A stretch of DNA of 64,000 bases from a bacterium (GTDB taxonomy: Bacteria; UBA8248). The DNA is taken from positions 96,001 through 160,000 of the forward strand of contig CBDBZY010000044.1 in NCBI GenBank assembly GCA_965213685.1. The letters run 5' to 3'. Under the pieces are notes generated by a model that was not told where the DNA came from, did no database searches, and saw nothing but the letters and a program-made list of their open reading frames with translations. This document shows, piece by piece, positions 19,654 through 28,855 of this stretch (its first letter is position 1; every line of letters begins with the position of its first letter). The position numbers and the translations under genes were made by a program.

Positions 19654-20551
19654 CGCGCACCGCCTTCATGATATGGATTTCACCGAAATTCGACGCCTGC
19701 CGCGCCACGACAAGGTTTCCCTTGACGAGTTCGAGGAGCGCCAGGAATACGACCACCACTTCGAGCACGCGCCTCGTCTCGAACAACTTGTGGAAGAGGA
19801 CGCCGCGCGCGCCCGCTTCTTCCAGGGCGCCCAGCAGCCTGGCCCGCATGTCGGCGACCTCGAGCGCGTCGACCTCCACGAGGTGCGCGCCCTCCTCCCC
19901 GACGGATTCGACCAGGCGCCGCATGGCGCTGAGCAGGTCGAAAACGCTCGCTTGCAGCCCGGGCGCCTCTTCCGCCCCCTCCCCGGGGAGGGACGCCTCG
20001 CCGCCGTCCCGCCCGTATATCCAGGATTGCGCTTCCTCGGCGTGGCGAAACGCCTGGCTGATTTTTTTGAATTTCTGGTATTCGATGAGCTGGTGCTGCA
20101 GCTCCCGCCTCAGCGCCTCGGGGTCCTCCTCCCCTTCCGCCTCCTCCGCCGTCTGGGGCAGCAAGATTCTGCTCTTGACGTAGACCAGATGCGCGGCCAT
20201 GACGAGGTATTCGGACGCCAGGTTGATGTTCAGCTGCCGGAGCAGCTCCACATATTCGAGATATTGCTCGGTGATGAACGCGATCGGGATGTCGTGAATG
20301 TCCAGCCGGTGCTCGCGCACCAAGTGAACCAGCAGCTCGAGCGGCCCTTCAAAAGCGTCGATTTTGACGTGAAACCGCTCCGAATCGCCGCCGCTGCGCG
20401 GGGGTGCGCCGTCGTCTGCGGGGGCGTCTTCCGCCGGTGCGGGCCCGGTTTCCAGGATTTCCCGGCCCGCCGCCGGGTCGCCGGCCAGCTCCAGCGTCCC
20501 GGAAGCCGCGGGCCGCCCCCCGGCTCCAGGCGCGTTCTCCTGGGGGTCCAT
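19646..20551 (-). CDS. scpA: Segregation and condensation protein ScpA
   Basis: FEGPLELLVHL, EYLVMAAHLVYVKSR, FLALLEL; start approximate. Confidence 0.92.
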   Translation of the reverse strand: MDPQENAPGAGGRPAASGTLELAGDPAAGREILETGPAPAEDAPADDGAPPRSGGDSERFHVKIDAFEGPLELLVHLVREHRLDIHDIPIAFITEQYLEYVELLRQLNINLASEYLVMAAHLVYVKSRILLPQTAEEAEGEEDPEALRRELQHQLIEYQKFKKISQAFRHAEEAQSWIYGRDGGEASLPGEGAEEAPGLQASVFDLLSAMRRLVESVGEEGAHLVEVDALEVADMRARLLGALEEAGARGVLFHKLFETRRVLEVVVVFLALLELVKGNLVVARQASNFGEIHIMKAVRDE

Positions 20552-20805
20552 GCGCATCCCAGACGGGCGAAGTGTGGGGCGTCTCCTGTGGGGCAATTTC
20601 TGAAAACCGCGGGCGGGGAGGCTCGCGGTCGCCCTCGAACCGTCCCCACCCTAGGAGATGCCCGCGTCCTTGTCAAATGGACGAAATCCGCCCCTCCGGA
20701 GGGTTCCGGCTCCCGTGCGCGCAAACTTCCGGATGTGCGGGTCTTGAGGAGCGCGCGTCCGTGGGGGATAATCAGGGCGTCGAATCATCGGACGGGGAGA
20801 GGTCG

Positions 20806-21648
20806 ATGGCGGACAAAATCATGTCTCTCGCGGAAGCGGCTGCCCTGGTGCGCGACGGGGATCTGCTCGCTCTGGGCGGAAACGCGCTCACGCGGATTCC
20901 CGCCGCCTTCGTCCGGCAGCTCGCCCGCCAGGGACGCGAGGACTTGCGTCTCGTGAAGACGGCGGGGGCCTATGACGTTGATTTGCTCTGCGCGGCGGGC
21001 GCCGTCGCCCAAACGCAGACGGGCTACGTGGGCTTCGAGAACCTCTTCGGCCTCGCGCCCTCCTATCGCCGCGGCGTGGAGGAGGGCCGCGTGCGCGCAC
21101 TCGAGCACGCCTGCTCCACGATCATCGCGGGCCTCCGGGCCGCCGCCTATGGCCTGCCGAGCCAGCCCGTGGCGGGCCTGGACGGGAGCGACGTGGCGGG
21201 GCATACGGGTTTTCGCCGGGTGAAGGACCCCTACACGGGCGCCCCCGTCTACATGATTCCCCGAATCAGGCCGAGGTTTGCCGTGCTCCACGTGCCGCAT
21301 GCCGACGCGCTGGGAAACGCGCGGATAGCGGGCGGCGCGTTCGAGGACGTCCTGATGTCCCGCGCCGCCGATGCTGTGATCCTGACCGCCGAGCGCATCG
21401 AGGAGACCGCGTTTTTCGTCGAGAAGCCGGACAGGACGGCGGTTCCCGCCTTCATGGTGGAAGCGGTCGTCCACGCCCCGGGGGGTGCGCGCCCCGGGGG
21501 GTGCCACCCCTTTTACGACATCGATGAGGATGCGGTGGGCGCCTACCTCGACTCGGCCTCCCGCGCGGAATCCCTCCAGGCCCATCTGGAGTCGTGGGAG
21601 GCGCGCGACCATGCGGAAAGCGCGGCGGCCCCCGGGGACGCCGCGTGA
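20806..21648 (+). CDS. CoA-transferase subunit A (glutaconate CoA-transferase-like)
   Basis: KIMSLAEAAALVRDGD, GLRAAAYGLP, HVPHADALGNA, MSRAA. Confidence 0.85.
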   Translation: MADKIMSLAEAAALVRDGDLLALGGNALTRIPAAFVRQLARQGREDLRLVKTAGAYDVDLLCAAGAVAQTQTGYVGFENLFGLAPSYRRGVEEGRVRALEHACSTIIAGLRAAAYGLPSQPVAGLDGSDVAGHTGFRRVKDPYTGAPVYMIPRIRPRFAVLHVPHADALGNARIAGGAFEDVLMSRAADAVILTAERIEETAFFVEKPDRTAVPAFMVEAVVHAPGGARPGGCHPFYDIDEDAVGAYLDSASRAESLQAHLESWEARDHAESAAAPGDAA

Positions 21649-22397
21649 GTGTGGCCTCGCGGACGCGCGCGCCGGAGGAGGCGCGCGCCCTCGCCGACAG
21701 GATGGCGATTTTTTTGTCCAGGTTCATTCGGGACGGGGAAATCGTGTTTCACGGCGTGGCCTCGCCGCTGCCGATGGCGGCGATTGCGATGGCCAGAGAA
21801 TCCCATGCGCCGAACCTGACCTACCTCAACATACCGGGTGGCGTGAACCCCCGCCCCTCTTATCTGCCGGGCTCCACGGTGGCGCGGCAGCTCATGGAGG
21901 GGGCGCTCTCCTATTTTCCCCTCATGGAAATTTTCGACCTCTCGGCCCGCGGCGGGCTTGACCTGGCGTTTCTGGGCGGTGCGCAAATCGACGCGCGCGG
22001 CGACGTGAACCTCTCTTTTATCGGGGAGCCGGCGGCGCCGAGGGTGCGGCTTCCGGGCGGGGCGGGCAGTGCGCACATTCTGCCCACCGCCAGGCGGACC
22101 GTGCTCTGGCGCACGGCGCATGACGCGAGGACGTTTCCCGCTCGCTGCGACTACGTGACCGCCTCCGGCAACGTGGCGGGGGTGGTGACCCCCCTGTGCA
22201 TTTTTCAGAAGACGGACGGCCGCCTGCGGGTGGAGTCGATGCATGCCGGGGTGACGCCAGACGCCCTGCGCGCCGCCACGGGGTTCGACCCGGGGGATTT
22301 GGAGCGCGTCCCCGCGACGCCGGAGCCAACGGCCGCCGAGCGCGCGGCACTCGACGCCGCAGACCCGGAGGGCGTCCGCCTGCGCGAGTTCATCTGA
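21645..22397 (+). CDS. CoA-transferase subunit B (glutaconate CoA-transferase-like)
   Basis: FLGGAQIDARGDVN, RLPGGAGS; GTGA overlap with subunit A. Confidence 0.85.
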   Translation: MSVASRTRAPEEARALADRMAIFLSRFIRDGEIVFHGVASPLPMAAIAMARESHAPNLTYLNIPGGVNPRPSYLPGSTVARQLMEGALSYFPLMEIFDLSARGGLDLAFLGGAQIDARGDVNLSFIGEPAAPRVRLPGGAGSAHILPTARRTVLWRTAHDARTFPARCDYVTASGNVAGVVTPLCIFQKTDGRLRVESMHAGVTPDALRAATGFDPGDLERVPATPEPTAAERAALDAADPEGVRLREFI

Positions 22398-22413
22398 TCG
22401 GGAACTTCCTTTC

Positions 22414-23349
22414 ATGCCGCAGAAAAAGTTCGACGCCGTGGGAGTCGGCCTCAATTCCGTGGACCAGCTTTGCCTGGTGAGCGCGTATCCGCCGCCCGAT
22501 ACCAAAAACGGGATTCTGGAGATGGCGCGCGCGGGGGGCGGCCAGGCGGCGACGACCATGGCGGGACTGGCGCGCCTGGGCCTTCGGGCGGCCTACATCG
22601 GCGCGGTGGGCGATGATGAGGCGGGCGCCTTCTCCCTGGAGAGCCTGCGGGCGGAGGGCGTGAACGTGGACGGGGTTGTCACCCAGAAGGGGCGGGCGAG
22701 CCAGTTCGCCGTCATCATCGTGCAGCGCGAGGGAGCCCGGCAGGAGCGGGGGACGCGAACGATTCTCTGGCGGCGCGAGGTCTCCCTGTCCCCCGGCGAC
22801 GTTCGGGAGGAGGTCGTGAGAGCCGGCCGCTCCCTGCATCTGGACGGCCACAACGTTGAGGCGGAAATCCTGGCGGCGCGGTGGGCGCGCGAGGAGGGCG
22901 CTCCCGTATTCCTGGACGCGGAGCGGGCGCCCGAGGGGATGGACGCGCTCATCGGCCTCACGGATTATCTGGTGGCGGCGGAGGGATTTCCCGCCCTGCT
23001 CACCGGAGCCTCCGACCACCGCGAGGGGCTGCGCCTGCTGCACGCGATGGGCCCCGGGGTGGTGGGCGTCACCCTGGGCGCGCGCGGTGCGCTCGCGTAT
23101 GACGGGAGGCGCTTTTACGAGGCGCCGGGCTTCCGCGTGGACGCCCGCGACACCACGGGGGCGGGCGATGCGTTTCGCGCCGGGTTCTTGTATGGCGCGT
23201 TGCGCGGGATGGGGCTTGCGGATACGTTGCGCTTCGCCAACGCGGTCGCCGCGATGAGTTGCGCCGCCCTGGGGGGAAGGGCCGCGCTTCCTCGCCTGGA
23301 CGAGGCGCGCGCCTTTCTGCGGGATCACGCACGACGGGAGGGCGCATGA
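22414..23349 (+). CDS. PfkB family carbohydrate kinase
   Basis: GGQAAT, GAVGDD, DTTGAGDAF. Confidence 0.92.
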   Translation: MPQKKFDAVGVGLNSVDQLCLVSAYPPPDTKNGILEMARAGGGQAATTMAGLARLGLRAAYIGAVGDDEAGAFSLESLRAEGVNVDGVVTQKGRASQFAVIIVQREGARQERGTRTILWRREVSLSPGDVREEVVRAGRSLHLDGHNVEAEILAARWAREEGAPVFLDAERAPEGMDALIGLTDYLVAAEGFPALLTGASDHREGLRLLHAMGPGVVGVTLGARGALAYDGRRFYEAPGFRVDARDTTGAGDAFRAGFLYGALRGMGLADTLRFANAVAAMSCAALGGRAALPRLDEARAFLRDHARREGA

Positions 23350-24581
23350 GGAGCGCATCCGGAGATTCGGGCGCCGCCCTCGCGGTGCTTTTCTTCTCGG
23401 CGATTCTGGGCGGCTGCGACCTCCTGCCCGAGTTCGGCCCGCCGAAGGAGTCCGTCTCGGGCGTCATTCGGATGGGGAAGAACCTGCCGGTCCAGGCGTG
23501 GCGCACGCGCGCGCTCTTCATCATCCTGGATCGGGAGGGAGGCGGGCCGCCGCTGGCCGTCCAGCGCCTGGTGGAGACGCGGTTTCCCTACCGATACGTC
23601 GTCACGAAAGACGACATGATGATTCGCGGCGGGAAGTTTTCCGGCCGCGTCCGCGTCCGCGCCCGCCTGGATGCGGACGGCGTTCCGGGCCCGCTGGTCC
23701 GGGGCGATTTCGAGGGGCGGGCCCCCCGCCCGGTCTCCGTGGGCGCGCGTAACGTGGACGTGCTGATCGACGAGGTCGGCACGGCACCCCCGCCGCTGGC
23801 CGCGAAAAAGCCCTCCCCCGGCGTCGCCCCCTCCCCGAAGCCCCCCGCCCCGCCGGCCGGGGCCGGCCGGACGATTCGGGGCGTGGTTCGCCTCGCCCCC
23901 GCCCTGGCGGAAAAGGCGGCGGGCAAGGCGGCCCTGTTCCTCATCGCGCGAACGAAGGGTGCTGGCGGCCCCCCGCTGGCGGTCATGCGGATTGCGAACC
24001 CCCGGTTTCCCCTGCGGTTCACGATGAGTGCGCAGGACGTGATGCTACGCGGGGCGGCGTTCTCCGGCGAGGTCGTCCTCACGGCGCAGCTCGATGGCGA
24101 CGGAAAGGTCGGGACGCAGGCGGGCGACGTCCTGGGGGGCGCGCGCGGGCCGGTCCGGGTGGGCGCGGTGGGCGTGGAGGTCCTTCTGTCCCGGCAGGTG
24201 GGAGGAGCGCCCCCCCGAGGCTCCGCCGCACCGCCCGGGGCGGCCGGAGTCATTTCGGGGACGATCGAGGTCGCCCCCGCCTTGCGGGCGGGAGCGGCGG
24301 ATAAGCCCGTCCTGTTTCTGGTGGCGCGCAAGGCCGGCCAGGGCCCCCCGCTGGCGGTCGTGCGCGTGGTGCGGCCCCGCTTTCCCCTGGCGTTCGAGAT
24401 TTCGCGGCGAGACGTCATGATTCCGGGCGCGGCGTTTCAGGGGATGGTCTCGCTCACCGCGCGCCTGGACGCGGATGGCGCGGCGGGCCCGGCGAGCGCA
24501 GGCGACCTCGAGGGCCGCTCGGCACGCCCCGTGCGCGTGGGGACGCGGGGCGTCCGCATCGTCATCGACAGGGCGTTCTGA
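23346..24581 (+). CDS. Lipoprotein with three tandem CcmI/CycH C-terminal-like domains
   Basis: Lipobox LGGC; three repeats of LF(I/L)xAR...GPPLAVxR...RFP...D(V/M)M..G..F.G.V...A(R/Q)LD.DG separated by Pro/Ala linkers. Confidence 0.7.
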   Translation: MRSASGDSGAALAVLFFSAILGGCDLLPEFGPPKESVSGVIRMGKNLPVQAWRTRALFIILDREGGGPPLAVQRLVETRFPYRYVVTKDDMMIRGGKFSGRVRVRARLDADGVPGPLVRGDFEGRAPRPVSVGARNVDVLIDEVGTAPPPLAAKKPSPGVAPSPKPPAPPAGAGRTIRGVVRLAPALAEKAAGKAALFLIARTKGAGGPPLAVMRIANPRFPLRFTMSAQDVMLRGAAFSGEVVLTAQLDGDGKVGTQAGDVLGGARGPVRVGAVGVEVLLSRQVGGAPPRGSAAPPGAAGVISGTIEVAPALRAGAADKPVLFLVARKAGQGPPLAVVRVVRPRFPLAFEISRRDVMIPGAAFQGMVSLTARLDADGAAGPASAGDLEGRSARPVRVGTRGVRIVIDRAF

Positions 24582-24754
24582 CGGCGGCGCGGGGCGAACG
24601 CGCTTTTGGACGCGGGCGCGCACCGCCCGCCCTTCCGCGGATCCATGGCCCCGCGCTCTGGCGCGGCGGCGGCAAAGGGTGCATAATCGTCCCCAAGAAT
24701 TCGCTTCAAGACAGAGTGTTTCGTCATTCACGCGCTGGATAAGGAGAAGTCCTG

Positions 24755-25771
24755 GTGATCATCGACCCCCATGCCCACATCGCTCCGGAGAGCTTCATCG
24801 AAGACGTGCGCCAGGGCCGCTTTGGCGACGCCGTGACCATCGAGGCGGGCGATCCGTGGGAGCAGCTCGTCACGAAGACCACCGTCCTGGGAGAGGAGCG
24901 CGTTCACAAGAATCCGTTGCCGAAAGAGACCTATGACGTCGAGATGCGCCTGAGCGACATGGCGAACAACCAGAACGTGGACATGCAGATACTCTCCGTC
25001 GTTCCGCCGATGACGCACTATGCGCTGGACGCGGGGCTGAACAGGGAGCTGTCCGCCTCGTTGAACGACGCGCTCACGGCGCTCACGAAAGCGCACCCCG
25101 AGCGGTTTCTCTGCATGGCGCAGATTCCGCTCCAGGCGCCGGAGGCGGCGGCGGCGGAGCTCGACCGCGCGGTGAAAAACGGCCACCTCGGCTGCCAGAT
25201 TGGATCGAACGTGGCCGGGAAGAACCTGGACGATCCGGCGCTCGACGTCGTGTGGGCGAAAGCGTGCGAACATGACGTGCCGATCTTCATCCACCCGGTG
25301 GACGTGATGGGCGTCAACGACAGGCTCCGGGACTATTACTTGCGAAATTTCATCGGGAATCCGCTCGACACGACGATATCCATCGCCTGCCTGATCTTCG
25401 GCGGCGTGTTCGACCGCTTCCCGAACATCAAGTTTCTGGTGTCCCACGTGGGCGGCTTCACGCCCTGGATTCGGGGCCGCTGGCAGCACGGCTACGGCGA
25501 GCGCAGGGAGCCCAAGGTTCATGGTGCCAAGGACCCCGAGCAGTATTTCGGCAAGATTTACTACGACACGATCATCCACAACGCGGATTCGTTCGAGTTC
25601 GCCGTGAACACGCTGGGGGTGGACAGGATTCTCTATGGCACGGACTATCCCTTCGACATGGGCTACCTCGGCGCGGCGCGGGAGATTCCGGGGCTTTCGC
25701 GCTTCCCGGAGGCGGACCAGGAAAAAATGCTTTACGGGAACGTGAAGAAACTCTACGGGCTGGAGGTGTGA
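24755..25771 (+). CDS. Amidohydrolase_2 family (ACMSD-like), paralog 1
   Basis: DPHAH, FIHP, NFIGNPLDT, SHVGG, YGTDYPFD. Confidence 0.88.
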   Translation: MIIDPHAHIAPESFIEDVRQGRFGDAVTIEAGDPWEQLVTKTTVLGEERVHKNPLPKETYDVEMRLSDMANNQNVDMQILSVVPPMTHYALDAGLNRELSASLNDALTALTKAHPERFLCMAQIPLQAPEAAAAELDRAVKNGHLGCQIGSNVAGKNLDDPALDVVWAKACEHDVPIFIHPVDVMGVNDRLRDYYLRNFIGNPLDTTISIACLIFGGVFDRFPNIKFLVSHVGGFTPWIRGRWQHGYGERREPKVHGAKDPEQYFGKIYYDTIIHNADSFEFAVNTLGVDRILYGTDYPFDMGYLGAAREIPGLSRFPEADQEKMLYGNVKKLYGLEV

Positions 25772-25859
25772 GGTGTGAAGAGACGGGGCGGCGCGGACGT
25801 TCGCGGGGAGAACGCGGCCGCGCGGCCCGCGAGGACGCTCCCGTCACGAGGGTGAGCAC

Positions 25860-26873
25860 ATGGCGATCGACCCCCATACCCACATCTACCCCGAGGGCTT
25901 CATCGCCGACGTGCGCGCGGGCCGCTTTGGCCGGTGGGCGTCGATAGAGGCCGACCGCCAGGGCGAGTGGATCGTCACCCGCGGGAAGGTGCTGGGGCGC
26001 GAGACGGAGCTCCGCAACAAGCTGACGCCCCTGTATTACGAGCTGGCGCCCCGCTTCGCCGACATGGAGCGCATGGGCGTCTCGCATCAGGTGCTCTCGG
26101 TCGGCCCCGCGATGACGCTCTACACGCTGGAGGCGGAGGCGAACCGGGAGCTGGCCGCCTCGCTGAACGACGGCTTGGCGGCGTTGGCCCGGGCGCATCC
26201 TGACAAATTCTCCTGCATGGCCACGGTGCCCCTGCAGGCGCCCGACGCCTCGGCGGCCGAGCTGGCGCGCGCGAAGGCGAACGGCCACGTCGGCGTGATG
26301 ATCGCCTCGAACGTCGCGGGGAAGAACCTGGACGACGCGGGGCTGGACGTCTTCTGGGCGCGGGCGGAGGAGCTGGACGCGCCCGTGTTCGTGCATCCCA
26401 CGAGCGTGCTGGGCGCCGGGGATCGCCTCAAGGATTTCTACTTGCGGAATTTTATCGGAAACCCCCTGGACACCACCATCGCGGCGGCGTGCCTGATGTT
26501 TGGCGGCGTGATGGACAGGTTCCCGCGCCTCCGGTTCTATCTCTCCCACTTGGGTGGGTTCGTCCCCTGGATACGGGGCCGCTGGCGGCACGGCTACGAC
26601 GCGCGGGCGGAGCCCCGGGCGCGCGGGGCCGGAGCACCGGAGCAGTATGTGGGGCGCTTCTACTACGACACCATCATCCACAACGCGGACGCCTTCGAGT
26701 TCGCGGCGAAGACGCTGGGGGCGGAGCGGATCTTATACGGCACGGATTATCCGGCGGACATGGGCTACCACCAGCCCGCGCGGGAGATTCCGGGCCTGAA
26801 CCGCCTTCCCGAGGCGGACCAGGAGATGATCCTCTCGGGCAACGCCCGGCGCGTGTATCGGCTTGCGGCGTAG
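25860..26873 (+). CDS. Amidohydrolase_2 family (ACMSD-like), paralog 2
   Basis: DPHTH, FVHP, NFIGNPLDT, SHLGG, YGTDYPAD. Confidence 0.88.
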   Translation: MAIDPHTHIYPEGFIADVRAGRFGRWASIEADRQGEWIVTRGKVLGRETELRNKLTPLYYELAPRFADMERMGVSHQVLSVGPAMTLYTLEAEANRELAASLNDGLAALARAHPDKFSCMATVPLQAPDASAAELARAKANGHVGVMIASNVAGKNLDDAGLDVFWARAEELDAPVFVHPTSVLGAGDRLKDFYLRNFIGNPLDTTIAAACLMFGGVMDRFPRLRFYLSHLGGFVPWIRGRWRHGYDARAEPRARGAGAPEQYVGRFYYDTIIHNADAFEFAAKTLGAERILYGTDYPADMGYHQPAREIPGLNRLPEADQEMILSGNARRVYRLAA

Positions 26874-26974
26874 GAGTTGGACGAGGGGCGTCGGGGGTGT
26901 AGAATTCCGGCGAACCCTGGACGGAGAGTCGTCTTCTGGTCGCTGGATCGTTCCAACTGAAGAGAGGGGATGCC

Positions 26975-27265
26975 GTGATGGAGGAAACCCGGTTTCGCGT
27001 GGGCGACAGGGTGCGGATCAAGGAGATGTACCCCGACGGCCACCACCGAACGCTATATTACGTGAAAGGAAAGACCGGGGTCATCCGCCGCTATTTCGGC
27101 AGATACAAGAACCCGGAGAACCTGGCGTATGGCGGCGACGGGCTGCCGCTTCGGGAACTCTACTGGGTGGGGTTCGACGTCAACGACCTCTGGGATCACG
27201 AGGCGGGAAAGAAGCAGGACAAACTCTACATCGAGATTTACGAGCATTGGCTGGAGCCGGCCTGA
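26975..27265 (+). CDS. Stand-alone nitrile hydratase beta C-terminal SH3-like domain (ScnA-like)
   Basis: RFRVGDRVRI, GHHRT..YVKGKTG, NPE.LAYG, LYWVGF...LW, IEIYEHWLEPA. Confidence 0.88.
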   Translation: MMEETRFRVGDRVRIKEMYPDGHHRTLYYVKGKTGVIRRYFGRYKNPENLAYGGDGLPLRELYWVGFDVNDLWDHEAGKKQDKLYIEIYEHWLEPA

Positions 27266-27305
27266 GCCGAGCGTGTCGGCATCACCCGCGAATGAGGAGT
27301 AGGCC

Positions 27306-28073
27306 ATGGCGCACTCTCACGATCACCACAACGGCGGACACACCCATCACCACCACGGCGCGCACGAGCATACCTACAGCCGGGACCCTGCGGCCCACAA
27401 CGCGCGCATGCAGTCGGACGACGCCTACCGCGAGGGGGCCGTCACCCAGGTCGAGCACGACCTGGACTACTACCAGGTGCGCGTGACCGCCTTGCTCAAC
27501 GTCCTGCGGGAGAAGGGCATCCTCACGACCGACGAGATGAGGCGCTCGGTGGAGGAAATCTACGGCCAGAGCCCGGCCATCGGCTCGCGCATCGTCGCGC
27601 GCGCCTGGGTGGACGAGGGCTTCAAGGAGAGGCTCTTAGCGGACGCGGACGCCGCCTGTTCCGAGATGGGCATCGACACCTCGGGCATCAACCGCGTGGT
27701 GGCTCTGGAGAATACCGACTCGACCCGCTACATGGTGGTGTGCACGCTGTGCTCGTGCTACCCGAGACAGCTGCTCGGGCAACCCCCCACCTGGTACAAG
27801 AGCTTCCCCTATCGCTCGAAGGCGGTGACGGACCCGAGGGGCACCCTCCAGGACATGGGCCTCGAGCCGCCCGAGGACGTGGAGCTCGTCGTCATCGACT
27901 CGAACGCGGATTGCCGCTATCTCATCATCCCCCAGCGTCCGAAGGGAACCGAGGGCTGGAGCGAGGCGCAGCTCTTCCAGCTCGTGACGCGCGACTCGAT
28001 GATCGGCGTGGGCGACCCCCTCACGCCGGAAGGGCTTGAGGAGGCGGTGCGGGCGGCGGAGGGGACGACCTGA
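27306..28073 (+). CDS. Cobalt-type nitrile hydratase alpha/thiocyanate hydrolase gamma-like subunit with His-rich N-terminus
   Basis: VVCTLCSCY metal motif, GSRIVARAWVD, PQRPKGTEGW, VTRDSMIGV; N-terminal HSHDHHNGGHTHHHHGAHEH. Confidence 0.92.
   Translation: MAHSHDHHNGGHTHHHHGAHEHTYSRDPAAHNARMQSDDAYREGAVTQVEHDLDYYQVRVTALLNVLREKGILTTDEMRRSVEEIYGQSPAIGSRIVARAWVDEGFKERLLADADAACSEMGIDTSGINRVVALENTDSTRYMVVCTLCSCYPRQLLGQPPTWYKSFPYRSKAVTDPRGTLQDMGLEPPEDVELVVIDSNADCRYLIIPQRPKGTEGWSEAQLFQLVTRDSMIGVGDPLTPEGLEEAVRAAEGTT
27974..28064 (+). repeat. 91-bp direct repeat copy 1 (3' end of NHase alpha; att-like)
   Basis: 88/91 identical to 28842-28932. Confidence 0.92.
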
Positions 28074-28210
28074 TTCGGAGGCGCGCCGGCTTTTTCCATG
28101 CGGCGGAGGTGGAACGCCCCCGCCACTTCTCCCTTTCCCTTTGTCGCGGCGGAGGTCGAACGCCGTCGCCCCGGCTCGCCGCGGTTCGGTTTGACGGCCG
28201 CTTGGATCGG

Positions 28211-28239
28211 TTGACAAAATCGGCAATACGCACCATATT
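28211..28239 (+). promoter_or_regulatory. Sigma70-type promoter
   Basis: TTGACA-17 bp-CATATT; predicted +1 near 28246. Confidence 0.7.
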
Positions 28240-28245
28240 GGCAAT

Positions 28246-28313
28246 GCGGTCGGGAGGGCTGTGGCATTCACGGTCCGTTGTGGACACAGGTTCCACACCC
28301 GGCTGCTTTTTTT
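28246..28313 (+). ncRNA. Candidate structured small RNA (three-way junction) upstream of DUF3800; DUF3800-RNA-motif-like
   Basis: P1 GCGGTCGGG/CCCGGCTGC; P2 GGGCTGTG-GCATT-CACGGTCC; P3 TGTGGA-CACAGGT-TCCACA; followed by T7; begins at the predicted TSS. Confidence 0.65.
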
Positions 28314-28359
28314 GTCAAAGCTTATGATGCCCGCACGCCAGAGAAGAAATGTAGGTCGG

Positions 28360-28855
28360 GCCTCGGCACTCCCGAAGAAGATATAGAACTTCATGCCAGT
28401 GCCCCCCCAACGACCCGGTTGAATACGCTTTCGAAGAGATATGCAACCGCTTTGACCTTCAGCTGAAGCGCATCTATCACCGATCGGGAAAAGAGGAAAA
28501 GCACCGTGGGCTTGTCGTCATGGACAAGTCGAGCTCAGAGGGCGAACTTCAACGCTTGGCCCGCACGTTCCGCGTCCGGGGGACGCGGTGGGGAAAACTT
28601 CACAGCCTGGTGGAAGTGCCGCTGTTCGTTGACTCGCAGGCATCTCGGATCATCCAGATCGCCGACCTCGTCGCCTGGGCCGTATGGCGTAGATACGAGT
28701 ATCGGGATACCAGGTACCTTGACAAAATCGTGTCTCGATTCGACTCTGAAGGCGGCGTTTTGCACGGGCTCGTTCACTTCGCTCCCAAGGATGGAGATTG
28801 CCATTGCCCGGCTTGTTTTTCGCGCGTTGGGAAGCGCGGCGCTTCCAGCGCGTGA
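28360..28855 (+). pseudogene. DUF3800 family gene remnant
   Basis: PEEDIELHAS fragment, frame change near 28400, then DPVEYAFEEICNRFD...GLVVMDKS...VPLFVDSQASRIIQIADLVAWA; N-terminal DESG-type motif not found. Confidence 0.7.
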
